Shown here in pieces: positions 30,106-41,796 of a stretch of 64,000 nucleotides of DNA. Position 1 is the first letter of the stretch; every line of letters begins with the position of its first letter. Source of the stretch: Escherichia coli. GTDB taxonomy: Bacteria > Pseudomonadota > Gammaproteobacteria > Enterobacterales > Enterobacteriaceae. Below the pieces are notes generated by a model. That model saw only the letters and a list, made by a program, of their open reading frames with translations, had not been told where the DNA came from and made no database searches. Location: the NCBI RefSeq assembly GCF_044324785.1, contig NZ_CP172127.1. The stretch is one strand, 5' to 3'. Both the position numbers and the translations under genes were made by a program.

Positions 30106-30867
30106 ATGAGGATTTGCAGCGACCAACCTTGTATTGTTTTATTGACTGAAAAAGATGTCTGGATAAGGGTGAATGGGAAAGAACCTATTAGCCTTAAAGC
30201 TAACCATATGGCGTTATTAAATTGTGAAAATAATATTATCGACGTCTCCTCTCTTAATAACACTTTGGTTGCTCATATTAGTCACGACATCATCAAAGAT
30301 TACCTCCGGTTTCTGAATAAAGATCTCTCGCAAATACCAGTATGGCAACGTAGCGCTACGCCCATCCTCACCCTTCCATGCCTGACGCCAGACGTCTTTC
30401 GCGTTGCCGCGCAACATAGCATGATGCCCGCTGAAACTGAGTCAGAAAAGGAACGAACACGTGCATTATTATTCACTGTGCTATCCCGTTTTCTCGACAG
30501 TAAAAAATTCCTTTCGCTAATGATGTATATGTTACGTAATTGTGTAAGTGACAGCGTTTATCAAATTATTGAAAGCGATATCCACAAAGACTGGAATCTT
30601 AGTATGGTAGCCAGTTGTTTATGTCTTAGCCCAAGTCTGTTAAAGAAAAAGCTGAAAAGCGAAAACACCAGCTATAGCCAAATAATCACCACCTGCCGCA
30701 TGCGTTATGCCGTAAATGAATTAATGATGGACGGTAAAAATATCTCTCAGGTATCACAGTCCTGCGGCTACAACAGTACGTCTTACTTTATTTCTGTCTT
30801 TAAAGACTTCTACGGTATGACGCCGCTGCATTATGTTAGTCAGCACAGAGAACGCACTGTCGCCTGA
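30106..30867 (+). CDS. adiY: AraC-family regulator AdiY
   Basis: 253 aa. Confidence 0.9.
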   Translation: MRICSDQPCIVLLTEKDVWIRVNGKEPISLKANHMALLNCENNIIDVSSLNNTLVAHISHDIIKDYLRFLNKDLSQIPVWQRSATPILTLPCLTPDVFRVAAQHSMMPAETESEKERTRALLFTVLSRFLDSKKFLSLMMYMLRNCVSDSVYQIIESDIHKDWNLSMVASCLCLSPSLLKKKLKSENTSYSQIITTCRMRYAVNELMMDGKNISQVSQSCGYNSTSYFISVFKDFYGMTPLHYVSQHRERTVA

Positions 30868-31003
30868 TTTTTAACCTTAACGAAGAGCTATATTAATAAC
30901 GGCATCAGCGATAACCCGGTCGATAATAATTCAACTATCGAATGCAGGCGTATGATATGACGTAATTTATTGTCACGAAGCTCGCCTTCGCAGGAGTTTA
31001 ATT

Positions 31004-32341
31004 ATGTCTTCGGATGCTGATGCTCACAAAGTGGGCTTAATCCCCGTCACCCTGATGGTGTCGGGGAATATTATGGGGTCAGGTGTTTTTCTGTTACCTG
31101 CAAACCTGGCCTCCACTGGCGGGATTGCCATTTATGGATGGTTGGTGACGATTATCGGTGCGCTGGGGCTCTCGATGGTATACGCCAAAATGTCGTTCCT
31201 CGACCCAAGTCCTGGTGGTTCTTACGCTTACGCCCGCCGCTGCTTTGGGCCGTTTCTCGGTTATCAAACCAACGTCCTCTACTGGCTGGCCTGCTGGATC
31301 GGCAATATCGCCATGGTGGTCATTGGCGTAGGATATTTAAGTTACTTCTTCCCGATTCTGAAAGATCCACTGGTATTAACCATCACCTGCGTCGTGGTGC
31401 TGTGGATCTTCGTCCTGCTGAACATTGTCGGTCCGAAAATGATCACCCGCGTGCAGGCCGTTGCCACTGTGCTGGCGCTGATCCCCATCGTCGGGATTGC
31501 CGTATTTGGCTGGTTCTGGTTCCGTGGTGAAACCTATATGGCGGCATGGAACGTCAGCGGCCTGGGCACCTTCGGCGCGATTCAAAGTACCCTTAACGTT
31601 ACGCTGTGGTCGTTCATCGGTGTGGAAAGTGCCTCCGTTGCCGCAGGTGTGGTGAAAAACCCGAAACGCAACGTCCCTATCGCCACCATTGGTGGGGTAT
31701 TGATTGCCGCCGTTTGCTATGTGCTCTCCACCACCGCGATTATGGGGATGATCCCTAATGCCGCACTGCGCGTTTCTGCCTCGCCATTCGGTGATGCCGC
31801 ACGGATGGCGTTGGGTGACACCGCCGGGGCCATTGTTTCCTTCTGCGCAGCTGCGGGTTGCTTAGGTTCACTGGGCGGCTGGACGTTGCTGGCGGGTCAA
31901 ACGGCGAAAGCCGCTGCCGATGACGGACTGTTCCCACCGATTTTTGCCCGTGTAAATAAAGCGGGTACGCCAGTGGCAGGGCTGATTATCGTCGGTATTT
32001 TGATGACCATCTTCCAGCTCAGTAGCATTTCGCCAAACGCGACCAAAGAGTTCGGTCTGGTTTCTTCCGTGTCGGTCATCTTTACACTGGTGCCATATCT
32101 TTACACCTGTGCGGCGTTACTGCTGCTCGGCCACGGTCACTTTGGTAAAGCACGCCCGGCATATCTGGCAGTTACTACCATTGCCTTCCTCTACTGCATC
32201 TGGGCCGTGGTGGGGTCCGGGGCGAAAGAGGTTATGTGGTCATTTGTCACCCTGATGGTCATCACCGCCATGTATGCGCTGAATTACAACCGGCTGCATA
32301 AAAACCCGTATCCCTTAGATGCACCAATAAGCAAAGATTAA
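31004..32341 (+). CDS. adiC: Arginine:agmatine antiporter
   Basis: 445 aa APC-family transporter, paralogous to CadB. Confidence 0.9.
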
Positions 32342-32444
32342 TTCCCCTTAATCCAGCAAACATAAAAGCCAACCTTAAGAACTTAAGGTTGGCTTAATTT
32401 TGCTTTGCGAGCATATGCGCACTTTGTTCGATGGAAACACCGTG

Positions 32445-34088
32445 ATGTTGAAGCGCCTACTAAAAAGACCCTCTTTGAATTTACTCGCCTGGCTATTGTT
32501 GGCCGCTTTTTATATCTCTATCTGCCTGAATATTGCCTTTTTTAAACAGGTGTTGCAGGCGCTGCCGCTGGACTCGCTGCATAACGTACTGGTTTTCTTG
32601 TCGATGCCGGTCGTCGCTTTCAGCGTGATTAATATTGTCCTGACACTAAGCTCTTTCTTATGGCTTAATCGACCGCTGGCCTGCCTGTTTATTCTGGTCG
32701 GCGCGGCTGCACAATATTTCATAATGACTTACGGCATCGTCATCGACCGCTCGATGATTGCCAATATTATTGATACCACTCCGGCAGAAAGTTATGCGTT
32801 GATGACACCGCAAATGTTATTAACGCTGGGATTCAGCGGCGTGCTTGCTGCGCTGATTGCCTGCTGGATTAAAATCAAACCAGCCACCTCGCGCCTGCGC
32901 AGTGTTCTTTTCCGTGGAGCCAATATTCTGGTTTCTGTACTGCTGATTTTGCTGGTCGCCGCACTGTTTTATAAAGACTACGCCTCGTTGTTTCGCAATA
33001 ACAAAGAGCTGGTGAAATCCTTAAGCCCCTCTAACAGCATTGTTGCCAGCTGGTCATGGTACTCCCATCAGCGACTGGCAAATCTGCCGCTGGTGCGAAT
33101 TGGTGAAGACGCGCACCGCAACCCATTAATGCAGAAAGAGAAACGTAAAAATTTGACCATCCTGATTGTCGGCGAAACCTCGCGGGCGGAGAACTTCTCC
33201 CTCAATGGCTATCCGCGTGAAACTAACCCGCGGCTGGCAAAAGATAACGTGGTCTATTTCCCTAATACCGCATCTTGCGGCACGGCAACGGCAGTTTCAG
33301 TACCGTGCATGTTCTCGGATATGCCGCGTGAGCACTACAAAGAAGAGCTGGCACAGCACCAGGAAGGCGTGCTGGATATCATTCAGCGAGCGGGCATCAA
33401 CGTGCTGTGGAATGACAACGATGGCGGCTGTAAAGGTGCCTGCGACCGCGTGCCTCACCAGAACGTCACCGCGCTGAATCTGCCTGGTCAGTGCATCAAC
33501 GGCGAATGCTATGACGAAGTGCTGTTCCACGGGCTGGAAGAGTACATCAATAACCTGCAGGGTGATGGCGTGATTGTCTTACACACCATCGGCAGCCACG
33601 GTCCGACCTATTACAACCGCTATCCGCCGCAGTTCAGGAAATTTACCCCAACCTGCGACACTAACGAGATCCAGACCTGTACCAAAGAGCAACTGGTGAA
33701 CACTTACGACAACACGCTGGTTTACGTCGACTATATTGTTGATAAAGCGATTAATCTGCTGAAAGAACATCAGGATAAATTCACCACCAGCCTGGTTTAT
33801 CTTTCTGACCACGGTGAGTCGTTAGGTGAAAATGGCATCTATCTGCACGGTCTGCCTTATGCCATCGCCCCGGATAGCCAAAAACAGGTGCCGATGCTGC
33901 TGTGGCTGTCGGAGGATTATCAAAAACGGTATCAGGTTGACCAGAACTGCCTGCAAAAACAGGCGCAAACGCAACACTATTCACAAGATAATTTATTCTC
34001 CACGCTATTGGGATTAACTGGCGTTGAGACGAAGTATTACCAGGCTGCGGATGATATTCTGCAAACTTGCAGGAGAGTGAGTGAATGA
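32445..34088 (+). CDS. eptA: Lipid A phosphoethanolamine transferase EptA (PmrC)
   Basis: 547 aa from MLKRLLKRP; membrane N-terminus plus sulfatase-like domain; overlaps basR start. Confidence 0.9.
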   Translation: MLKRLLKRPSLNLLAWLLLAAFYISICLNIAFFKQVLQALPLDSLHNVLVFLSMPVVAFSVINIVLTLSSFLWLNRPLACLFILVGAAAQYFIMTYGIVIDRSMIANIIDTTPAESYALMTPQMLLTLGFSGVLAALIACWIKIKPATSRLRSVLFRGANILVSVLLILLVAALFYKDYASLFRNNKELVKSLSPSNSIVASWSWYSHQRLANLPLVRIGEDAHRNPLMQKEKRKNLTILIVGETSRAENFSLNGYPRETNPRLAKDNVVYFPNTASCGTATAVSVPCMFSDMPREHYKEELAQHQEGVLDIIQRAGINVLWNDNDGGCKGACDRVPHQNVTALNLPGQCINGECYDEVLFHGLEEYINNLQGDGVIVLHTIGSHGPTYYNRYPPQFRKFTPTCDTNEIQTCTKEQLVNTYDNTLVYVDYIVDKAINLLKEHQDKFTTSLVYLSDHGESLGENGIYLHGLPYAIAPDSQKQVPMLLWLSEDYQKRYQVDQNCLQKQAQTQHYSQDNLFSTLLGLTGVETKYYQAADDILQTCRRVSE

Positions 34089-34753
34089 AAATTCTGATTG
34101 TTGAAGACGATACGCTGTTATTGCAGGGATTGATTCTGGCGGCGCAAACCGAAGGCTACGCGTGCGATGGCGTGACAACCGCGCGGATGGCGGAACAAAG
34201 CCTTGAGGCCGGTCATTACAGCCTGGTGGTACTGGATTTAGGGTTACCCGACGAAGATGGACTGCATTTTCTCGCCCGTATCCGGCAGAAAAAATACACC
34301 CTGCCGGTACTGATCCTCACCGCTCGCGATACGCTGGCCGACAAAATCGCCGGGCTGGATGTCGGTGCCGATGACTATCTGGTGAAGCCTTTTGCGCTGG
34401 AAGAGTTACACGCCCGTATCCGCGCCCTGCTACGACGCCATAATAATCAGGGCGAAAGTGAGCTGATTGTTGGCAATCTGACGCTGAATATGGGTCGCCG
34501 TCAGGTCTGGATGGGCGGTGAAGAGTTGATTCTGACGCCCAAAGAATATGCTCTGCTGTCACGGTTAATGCTCAAAGCAGGCAGTCCGGTGCATCGGGAA
34601 ATTCTCTACAACGACATCTATAACTGGGACAATGAACCCTCGACTAACACCCTGGAAGTGCATATCCACAATCTACGCGACAAAGTGGGCAAAGCCCGTA
34701 TCCGCACCGTGCGCGGATTTGGCTATATGCTGGTCGCGAATGAGGAAAACTAA
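34085..34753 (+). CDS. basR: Response regulator BasR (PmrA)
   Basis: 222 aa OmpR-family. Confidence 0.9.
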   Translation: MKILIVEDDTLLLQGLILAAQTEGYACDGVTTARMAEQSLEAGHYSLVVLDLGLPDEDGLHFLARIRQKKYTLPVLILTARDTLADKIAGLDVGADDYLVKPFALEELHARIRALLRRHNNQGESELIVGNLTLNMGRRQVWMGGEELILTPKEYALLSRLMLKAGSPVHREILYNDIYNWDNEPSTNTLEVHIHNLRDKVGKARIRTVRGFGYMLVANEEN

Positions 34754-34762
34754 TTGAATTTG

Positions 34763-35854
34763 ATGCGTTTTCTGCGCAGACCAATATCGCTGCGCCAACG
34801 GCTGATATTGACCATCGGGGCCATTTTGTTGGTGTTTGAGCTGATCAGCGTCTTCTGGCTATGGCATGAAAGTACCGAGCAGATTCAGCTGTTTGAGCAG
34901 GCGCTACGCGACAATCGCAACAACGATCGCCACATCATGCGTGAGATCCGCGAGGCGGTCGCCAGCCTGATTGTCCCCGGCGTCTTTATGGTCAGCCTGA
35001 CGCTATTTATCTGCTATCAGGCGGTACGCCGCATCACCCGGCCGCTGGCGGAGCTGCAAAAAGAGCTGGAAGCGCGCACCGCCGACAATTTAACGCCTAT
35101 TGCCATTCACAGTGCCACCCTCGAAATCGAAGCGGTGGTTTCGGCGTTAAACGATCTGGTCAGTCGCCTGACCAGCACGCTGGATAACGAAAGGTTGTTT
35201 ACCGCTGACGTCGCGCACGAACTGCGAACGCCACTGGCGGGGGTGCGTTTGCATCTGGAACTGCTGGCGAAAACGCATCACATTGATGTAGCACCGTTAG
35301 TGGCACGGCTTGATCAGATGATGGAGAGTGTCTCCCAGCTACTGCAACTGGCGCGTGCCGGACAGTCATTTTCTTCCGGGAATTATCAACATGTAAAACT
35401 GCTGGAAGATGTCATTCTCCCCTCGTATGACGAACTCAGTACCATGCTCGACCAGCGCCAGCAAACCCTGCTATTGCCAGAGAGCGCCGCCGACATCACC
35501 GTTCAGGGTGATGCAACCCTGCTGCGGATGTTATTGCGAAACCTGGTAGAAAATGCCCATCGTTACAGCCCGCAAGGCAGCAACATTATGATTAAGCTGC
35601 AAGAAGATGGCGGAGCGGTCATGGCCGTTGAAGATGAAGGACCGGGTATTGATGAGAGTAAATGCGGGGAGTTGAGTAAAGCGTTTGTACGTATGGACAG
35701 CCGTTATGGCGGGATTGGTCTGGGGTTAAGTATTGTCAGCCGCATTACACAGTTGCATCACGGGCAGTTTTTCCTGCAAAACCGGCAAGAAACTTCCGGC
35801 ACGCGGGCCTGGGTACGGCTGAAGAAAGATCAGAACGTGGCAAACCAGATATAA
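34763..35854 (+). CDS. basS: Sensor kinase BasS (PmrB)
   Basis: 363 aa from the ATG at MRFLRRP; ORF track begins at an upstream TTG (34754). Confidence 0.85.
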   Translation: MRFLRRPISLRQRLILTIGAILLVFELISVFWLWHESTEQIQLFEQALRDNRNNDRHIMREIREAVASLIVPGVFMVSLTLFICYQAVRRITRPLAELQKELEARTADNLTPIAIHSATLEIEAVVSALNDLVSRLTSTLDNERLFTADVAHELRTPLAGVRLHLELLAKTHHIDVAPLVARLDQMMESVSQLLQLARAGQSFSSGNYQHVKLLEDVILPSYDELSTMLDQRQQTLLLPESAADITVQGDATLLRMLLRNLVENAHRYSPQGSNIMIKLQEDGGAVMAVEDEGPGIDESKCGELSKAFVRMDSRYGGIGLGLSIVSRITQLHHGQFFLQNRQETSGTRAWVRLKKDQNVANQI

Positions 35855-35919
35855 AGAAAGCTGCTGACCACCAGCACGCTGAACACGGTAGTTAAACTTT
35901 CATAAACACGGTTTTTCAT
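35830..35919 (-). CDS. pmrR: PmrR small membrane protein (29 aa)
   Basis: Hand-translated minus-strand ORF MKNRVYESLTTVFSVLVVSSFLYIWFATF; overlaps the basS 3' end antisense. Confidence 0.6.
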   Translation of the reverse strand: MKNRVYESLTTVFSVLVVSSFLYIWFATF

Positions 35920-36030
35920 TGCACTCTCCTCCGTTAACCTGGAGGAGAGTATGCGCGTCAGAGATTAAGTGAACCTTAAGAGTTCAATTGGCCTGATAAG
36001 ACAGCGTCACATCAGGCCATCCGTTTCAGC

Positions 36031-37533
36031 TTATTCATCAATTCGCGGATGTTGCTGCACCAGGCGGGTACGTTTCGCCTGCAAATCGGCAATCTCGTGG
36101 TCAATATCATCGATTTTCTGCTCGATATTATCGTAATGCTCGACGAGAATTTCCTTCGCTTCCTGTATATCTGACGCCGCCGGTGTCGCACCTTTCAACG
36201 GACGATTCGCCGTCTCTTTCATGGTTACGCCGGTGATTAAACCAACCACCGCCACTACCATCAGGTAATAGGCAGGCATCATCAGATTCTGCGAGCTTTC
36301 GACCAGCCAGGCCGCCAGTGTTGGCGTCAGACCGGCAACCAGCACCGAAATATTAAATGCCGCCGCCAGCGCGCTGTAACGGATATGCGTCGGGAACATC
36401 GCTGGCAAGGTAGAAGCCATAACGCCCGTAAAGCAGTTAAGGATCACCGCCAGCATCAGTAACCCGGCAAAAATCAGGCCGATGACGTTACTGTTAATCA
36501 GAATAAACGCCGGGATCGCCAACACAAACAGTGCAACACTACCAAGTAGCACAAACGGACGACGGCCAAAACGGTCACTCAGCAAGCCCATCACCGGCTG
36601 GACAAACAGCATACCGATCATAATGGCGATAATAATCAGCACCCCGTGGTCTTCGGAGTAATGCAGGTTATGCGACAAATAACTCGGCATATAGGTCAGC
36701 AACATGTAGTAAGTCACGTTGGTGGCAATTACCAGACCAATACATGTCAACAGGCTGCGCCAGTGTTTGGTGGCAATCTCTTTAAACGAGACTTTCGGGC
36801 CATCCTGCAAACCTTCGCGGTCGCCCTGCTCCAGTTTATCAACATGCTGCTGGAACGCCGGGGTCTCTTCCAGCGCATGGCGCAGGTAAAGCCCGATAAT
36901 CCCTAACGGCAGAGCAATAAAGAACGGAATACGCCAGCCCCAGTCGAGGAAGTTCGCTTCGCCGACAATGGTCGAAATTAACACCACCACGCCCGCACCC
37001 AGCACAAACCCGGCAATAGAACCGAAGTCCAGCCAGCTGCCCATAAAGCCACGTTTACGGTCAGGGGAGTATTCCGCAACAAATATCGACGCCCCGGTAT
37101 ATTCACCGCCGACCGAGAAACCTTGTGCCATCTTACAGATCAACAGCAGAATCGGTGCCCAAATACCAATCGTGTCGTAGGACGGTATTAAGCCAATACA
37201 GAACGTACTGATCGACATAATCACAATAGTGATAGCGAGGATCTTCTGGCGACCATATTTATCGCCCAACATACCAAAGAAGAGCCCGCCAAGCGGTCGA
37301 ATCAGAAAGGGAACGGAGAAAGTGGCAAGTGCAGCAACCATCTGCACGCTGGGGTCAGCCCCCGGGAAAAAAACTTTACCTAATGCGTAAGCAACAAAAC
37401 CATAAACACCAAAATCGAACCATTCCATTGCATTACCCAGTGATGCTGCGGTAATGGCTTTACGCAGTTTACCGTCATCAATAATGGTGACATCACGAAG
37501 GGTAATCGGTTTTACTTTTTTCCTTTTCAGCAT
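36031..37533 (-). CDS. proP: Proline/glycine betaine osmoprotectant symporter
   Basis: 500 aa MFS transporter with C-terminal coiled coil; start at MLKRKKVKP. Confidence 0.9.
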   Translation of the reverse strand: MLKRKKVKPITLRDVTIIDDGKLRKAITAASLGNAMEWFDFGVYGFVAYALGKVFFPGADPSVQMVAALATFSVPFLIRPLGGLFFGMLGDKYGRQKILAITIVIMSISTFCIGLIPSYDTIGIWAPILLLICKMAQGFSVGGEYTGASIFVAEYSPDRKRGFMGSWLDFGSIAGFVLGAGVVVLISTIVGEANFLDWGWRIPFFIALPLGIIGLYLRHALEETPAFQQHVDKLEQGDREGLQDGPKVSFKEIATKHWRSLLTCIGLVIATNVTYYMLLTYMPSYLSHNLHYSEDHGVLIIIAIMIGMLFVQPVMGLLSDRFGRRPFVLLGSVALFVLAIPAFILINSNVIGLIFAGLLMLAVILNCFTGVMASTLPAMFPTHIRYSALAAAFNISVLVAGLTPTLAAWLVESSQNLMMPAYYLMVVAVVGLITGVTMKETANRPLKGATPAASDIQEAKEILVEHYDNIEQKIDDIDHEIADLQAKRTRLVQQHPRIDE

Positions 37534-37796
37534 AGCTTTCCTCGCAGAGTTGGCCCATTTCCGCAAACGCCAGAAAAATCAGCGCGACGGCCGCAAAAGG
37601 GGAGCGGGAATTGCAGGATGCAATCTCTGTAACAAGCGTAGCGGGTTTGCTTACACCCTCCGGTTAAGGAATGTACAATCAAACCAGTTGACGCCTGAAT
37701 TGGGCAGTTAATGACCTTTTTACCCTACCAGTGTTTAAATTTGTGATCAACTTCACATATGGATTTCGTTTAGGACTCATTGATGTAACTGATTAT

Positions 37797-38675
37797 TTAC
37801 ACCAAATTTACAGAGAAGATTTCCTCGACCATTGCCCCCGCCAGACGCTGCGCTGAACAGAGTCGTGGCATCCCCAGCGCGACAGTTTGCCAGCGTTGGG
37901 TCACTGACCAGCAAACGGGTTGTTTATCTGCCGTGGTCCACTTTCCCAGCCAACTTAAAAAATCAGCATGATCCCCGCCCGTCGGAACGGTCGAAGAGGC
38001 AAACCACTGATGGTAATAGTGACGCGTGGTCGGGGCCGCATTGATACTCTCTGCCAAATGTTGTGTCGCTTTCTCGCGCAAATCACCCAGCAACAACGCC
38101 ACCGCTTGCGGGCTTCCCAGACGGCAGGCATCGCCAAATGCCCCCCAGCGCAACTCCTCCAGAACGATAAAACAGCGCCCAGGCAACGACCAGGCGTTAT
38201 ACGCCCCAGCACGCCAGCGGGTAAAAATTTGCTCGCTCTGATCACCTGCCTGCACCAGTAGGCCTCGTTGCGTTAACGCCTTTTCCTTCCAGCGACAACG
38301 GGCTGAAAACCACTCATACAAGGCGGCAATTTGCTGGGGGAGCTCCGGGAAAGCAGAGTGCTGGCGGTGATCCATTTTTTGCAGCAGCGCCAGATGCTGC
38401 GCGATCTGCGTCAGTGCCAGATGACCGGGATCCAGCATCGACGCCAGTTTTTCCACCAATGTCAGACGCAGGCTAAGCGGCGCATTTAACATGCCGCCGT
38501 TCGTCCATGTCTGAAGCTGCACGCGCGCAAGAAGTTCCTGCATCAGTCGTTCACGAAACTGCTGCTGATGGGCTTGTGGAAGGCGGGCATCATCGCCCTG
38601 CGCCAAATCCACTAAAAAGCGGGGATAAACCGACTCCAGCACGCGACCGGGGCCGTCAAGTAACGTCTTGGTCAA
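37797..38675 (-). CDS. yjcZ: Uncharacterised protein YjcZ
   Basis: 292 aa; start overlaps crfC stop. Confidence 0.8.
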   Translation of the reverse strand: MTKTLLDGPGRVLESVYPRFLVDLAQGDDARLPQAHQQQFRERLMQELLARVQLQTWTNGGMLNAPLSLRLTLVEKLASMLDPGHLALTQIAQHLALLQKMDHRQHSAFPELPQQIAALYEWFSARCRWKEKALTQRGLLVQAGDQSEQIFTRWRAGAYNAWSLPGRCFIVLEELRWGAFGDACRLGSPQAVALLLGDLREKATQHLAESINAAPTTRHYYHQWFASSTVPTGGDHADFLSWLGKWTTADKQPVCWSVTQRWQTVALGMPRLCSAQRLAGAMVEEIFSVNLV

Positions 38676-40900
38676 TATCGTTCTGCCGTGAAAAGTGTTT
38701 GAATATCATCGCGTAACAGCTGGGCGTCGGTGTAAATCCAGCCGTGAGTCATCACAGCCTGCTGCAATTGCTGCTGCATCAGCCTGACCACCGATTCATT
38801 TTGTTGACGCAGAGCCAGGCTTTCGCGTAAACGCGTCTGTAATTCCGTCAAACATGAAGCGAACTCAGCGAAAAAAGTATTCATGCCTGCCGTAACAGAT
38901 TCATCGACCTGCTCTGCCAGAACTTTAGCCATTTGTTGGCAATAAAGATCGACTTCTGCGCTTAATGCTCGTTGCAACACACTGTAATCAACCGTCTCTG
39001 TCGGGGATTTCTCATTTCCCCGTCCCCAGTCGGGCTGATTCAACCAGCGCGAAAAAGTCTCACGCACAACGCCTAAACGCGTGCTCTGCTCGTCCGTTGC
39101 TTCCTGGCGCGAAATGACTTCACTGAACAGCTGGCGAGTGTTGAAGTGGGGAACTACGCCGTGAAAAACAGGAAAATGAAACCCAGGACGAAACCCTGAC
39201 TCGCTCAATTCCATTTTGATTTGTTGCTCAATGGGGCGAATAACATCGGTTAACACCCGGCAAAGGGTGGATTCCAGCTCGGCAAAACGCAGCGTAAAGT
39301 CGCGACTGATGGTGTTCTGCGCCGTCTGTAACAGTGTCTCACAGCGGGTACGAATCTCGCTTAACGGCTCCGAATCATCCTGAAACAAGGCGGCTAACTG
39401 CGCATTCAGCGCATCTTGCTGTTGACGCAGAAAGTGGTTGGCGGAGGTCAGGGCCAGCTCGATTTCATGTTTAATCTCGCCGCTCACCTGCGCCTGATTG
39501 AGTTGCAATAGCTGCAAACTTTCTTCGATCTGATGGATATTTTGCCGCAATTGTTCACAAGCGACGTTTAACCCGTGCGCACGAAAATCCAGGTATTCCC
39601 GCGCCTGCTGCGCGTAATTCAACAGTTTATGCGCGGCAGATCGCAGAGCATACAACGAGGCGTTAGCGTAAGCGGCATGAAGCAACGCCTGAATTGGCTG
39701 GGCGAACAGCGAATCTTCCCACAACTGATCGGCAGCATGACGAATATGTTCGAGGTCCGCCAGATCGGCATGACGCCAGCGCCTGCCGAGCGCGGCATGG
39801 GCAAAATCTTCCACCCAGCGTTGTTGCTCTGGCGGTGGTAACTTACCGTTGTTGGCTAACTCATTGCGCGCCCGATTCGCCAGGTAGCCCCACATCGACG
39901 ACACCGGAAATATCTGCTGTGGCGTAATACAGCCTTTCATCAGCGTCCCGGAAATCAGTGCCCGCACCTGGTCGGCGTCGTCACTGTTACGATCCTGTTG
40001 ATCGAACTTATTGACCAGCACATACAGCGGCACCGATTGCCCCACCGCCAAAATCGCCTCACGGACCTCTTCATCGGAGATCGATTTCAGTTGCGTATAA
40101 TCCAGCACCGCCAGTACCGCCGAGGCGCGTGCCAGCTGCTGGTTAAGCATTTTTTGCAGATGCGGTTGCCCGGCTTCATTTGGCCCAGGGGTATCCAGTA
40201 ACGTCAACTGACCGGGATAACTCTCCAGCCCCGCCAGATGGACAAACTCCACTTCAATCACGGGAATATGCTCAATGGCGGCGTAAGCAGAAAAAGGAAA
40301 ATCGACGTCCAGCGCCTTCGCCAATCGCACCAAATCATTCAAACTTTTCAGACAATGAAAAATAGGCTGGGCACCCAGATAATATTTTTCGAAAGCGACG
40401 CCATTTTCGATCCGCTGCATAAGCGCACGCATATCTTTATCTATTTCCAGCACATCGGTCAGATGCTTAATATCGCAATCACGCAGGCGCTGTTGTAATT
40501 TTTGAATTAAACAATCGATTGGCGCGACATGTGAAAAATGCAGTACCGGTTCCTTTTGCCCGGGCGTATGGCGAATAAGTGTCGGCAGCGCAGTCATTGG
40601 GCGATTACGATTAGGCAAAACCTCCGTACCAACAATGGCATTAATGGTGGTTGATTTCCCTGCTTTCATGGTACCGACAATCGCCAGCACCATTTCCAGT
40701 CGGGAAATTTTACGCAACTCATTATTCAGCATCGCGTGACGTTCGGCGATATTAGGCTGACTCCAGGGTAAAGCCAGTTGTGGCGCATCGTCTCCGGGGA
40801 CAGAGAGAGGCATTTTTTCCAGTAACTGCAACTGTTGGCGAGAAAGCTGTAACAGGCGTTCAGCCTCCTGACTTAACTCATACAGGGTCTGTGTGTACAT
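38672..40900 (-). CDS. crfC: Dynamin-like GTPase CrfC (YjdA)
   Basis: 742 aa; P-loop GTMKAGKST. Confidence 0.85.
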   Translation of the reverse strand: MYTQTLYELSQEAERLLQLSRQQLQLLEKMPLSVPGDDAPQLALPWSQPNIAERHAMLNNELRKISRLEMVLAIVGTMKAGKSTTINAIVGTEVLPNRNRPMTALPTLIRHTPGQKEPVLHFSHVAPIDCLIQKLQQRLRDCDIKHLTDVLEIDKDMRALMQRIENGVAFEKYYLGAQPIFHCLKSLNDLVRLAKALDVDFPFSAYAAIEHIPVIEVEFVHLAGLESYPGQLTLLDTPGPNEAGQPHLQKMLNQQLARASAVLAVLDYTQLKSISDEEVREAILAVGQSVPLYVLVNKFDQQDRNSDDADQVRALISGTLMKGCITPQQIFPVSSMWGYLANRARNELANNGKLPPPEQQRWVEDFAHAALGRRWRHADLADLEHIRHAADQLWEDSLFAQPIQALLHAAYANASLYALRSAAHKLLNYAQQAREYLDFRAHGLNVACEQLRQNIHQIEESLQLLQLNQAQVSGEIKHEIELALTSANHFLRQQQDALNAQLAALFQDDSEPLSEIRTRCETLLQTAQNTISRDFTLRFAELESTLCRVLTDVIRPIEQQIKMELSESGFRPGFHFPVFHGVVPHFNTRQLFSEVISRQEATDEQSTRLGVVRETFSRWLNQPDWGRGNEKSPTETVDYSVLQRALSAEVDLYCQQMAKVLAEQVDESVTAGMNTFFAEFASCLTELQTRLRESLALRQQNESVVRLMQQQLQQAVMTHGWIYTDAQLLRDDIQTLFTAERY

Positions 40901-41301
40901 AAAAAATTCTTCCTTAAAGCAAATTTTGTTACTTTTATTTAGCCAGATTGTTTTTGAGTTCTGTTTTCGGCTTTTATAATTACTGCAAGAAATAATTTTA
41001 TATTTAGCGTGTTGTTTTTTATTAGAATAAATAACGTCTTCCGATACGTTTAAAACGTCAGAAAGATAAAAATATCATTTGAATTAAAAAAAGAACAAGT
41101 AGAGCATTAACCTTATCTTAAATAATAAATGGAGGCAAAAAGATTATTTTCTTTTTGCGTTTCCTTTCAAATGAAAACGATCGTCGTCTAAAATCAGCAG
41201 TACCCCCGACAAACTCAGGGATTTTGTGTATAATTGCGGCCTTTTTCGGCAATCTGCCGTTTTTTGGCGCTTTTGCCCTGCTGACTTTTGAGGAAATCCA
41301 C

Positions 41302-41637
41302 ATGTCATTACCACACTGCCCAAAATGCAACTCCGAATACACCTACGAAGATAACGGCATGTACATCTGCCCGGAATGTGCCTACGAATGGAACGACGCA
41401 GAACCTGCACAGGAAAGCGACGAGCTGATCGTTAAAGATGCTAACGGCAATCTGCTGGCTGACGGCGACAGCGTTACCATCATTAAAGATCTGAAGGTGA
41501 AAGGTAGCTCTTCCATGCTGAAAATTGGCACCAAAGTGAAAAACATCCGCCTGGTTGAAGGCGACCATAACATCGATTGCAAAATCGACGGTTTTGGTCC
41601 GATGAAACTGAAATCTGAGTTTGTGAAAAAGAACTGA
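41302..41637 (+). CDS. yjdM: Zinc-ribbon protein YjdM (PhnA)
   Basis: 111 aa from MSLPHCPKC; CxxC...CxxC. Confidence 0.85.
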
Positions 41638-41655
41638 TTGTATTGTGATCGGTAA

Positions 41656-41731
41656 GCCGGATAAGGCGCTCGCGCCGCATCCGGCAACGATGCCGACAGC
41701 CTGATGCGACGCTGACCGCGTCTTATCAGGC
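41656..41731. repeat. REP/BIME palindromic repeat cluster
   Basis: gccggataaggcg...cgccgcatccggc and gcctgatgcgacgctg...cgtcttatcaggc imperfect palindromes. Confidence 0.5.
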
Positions 41732-41796
41732 TTCCCTCTCATCTGTATAAATTTCGAACTACACTTAACTGGCTTCTCTTAACTGAGGTCACCATC

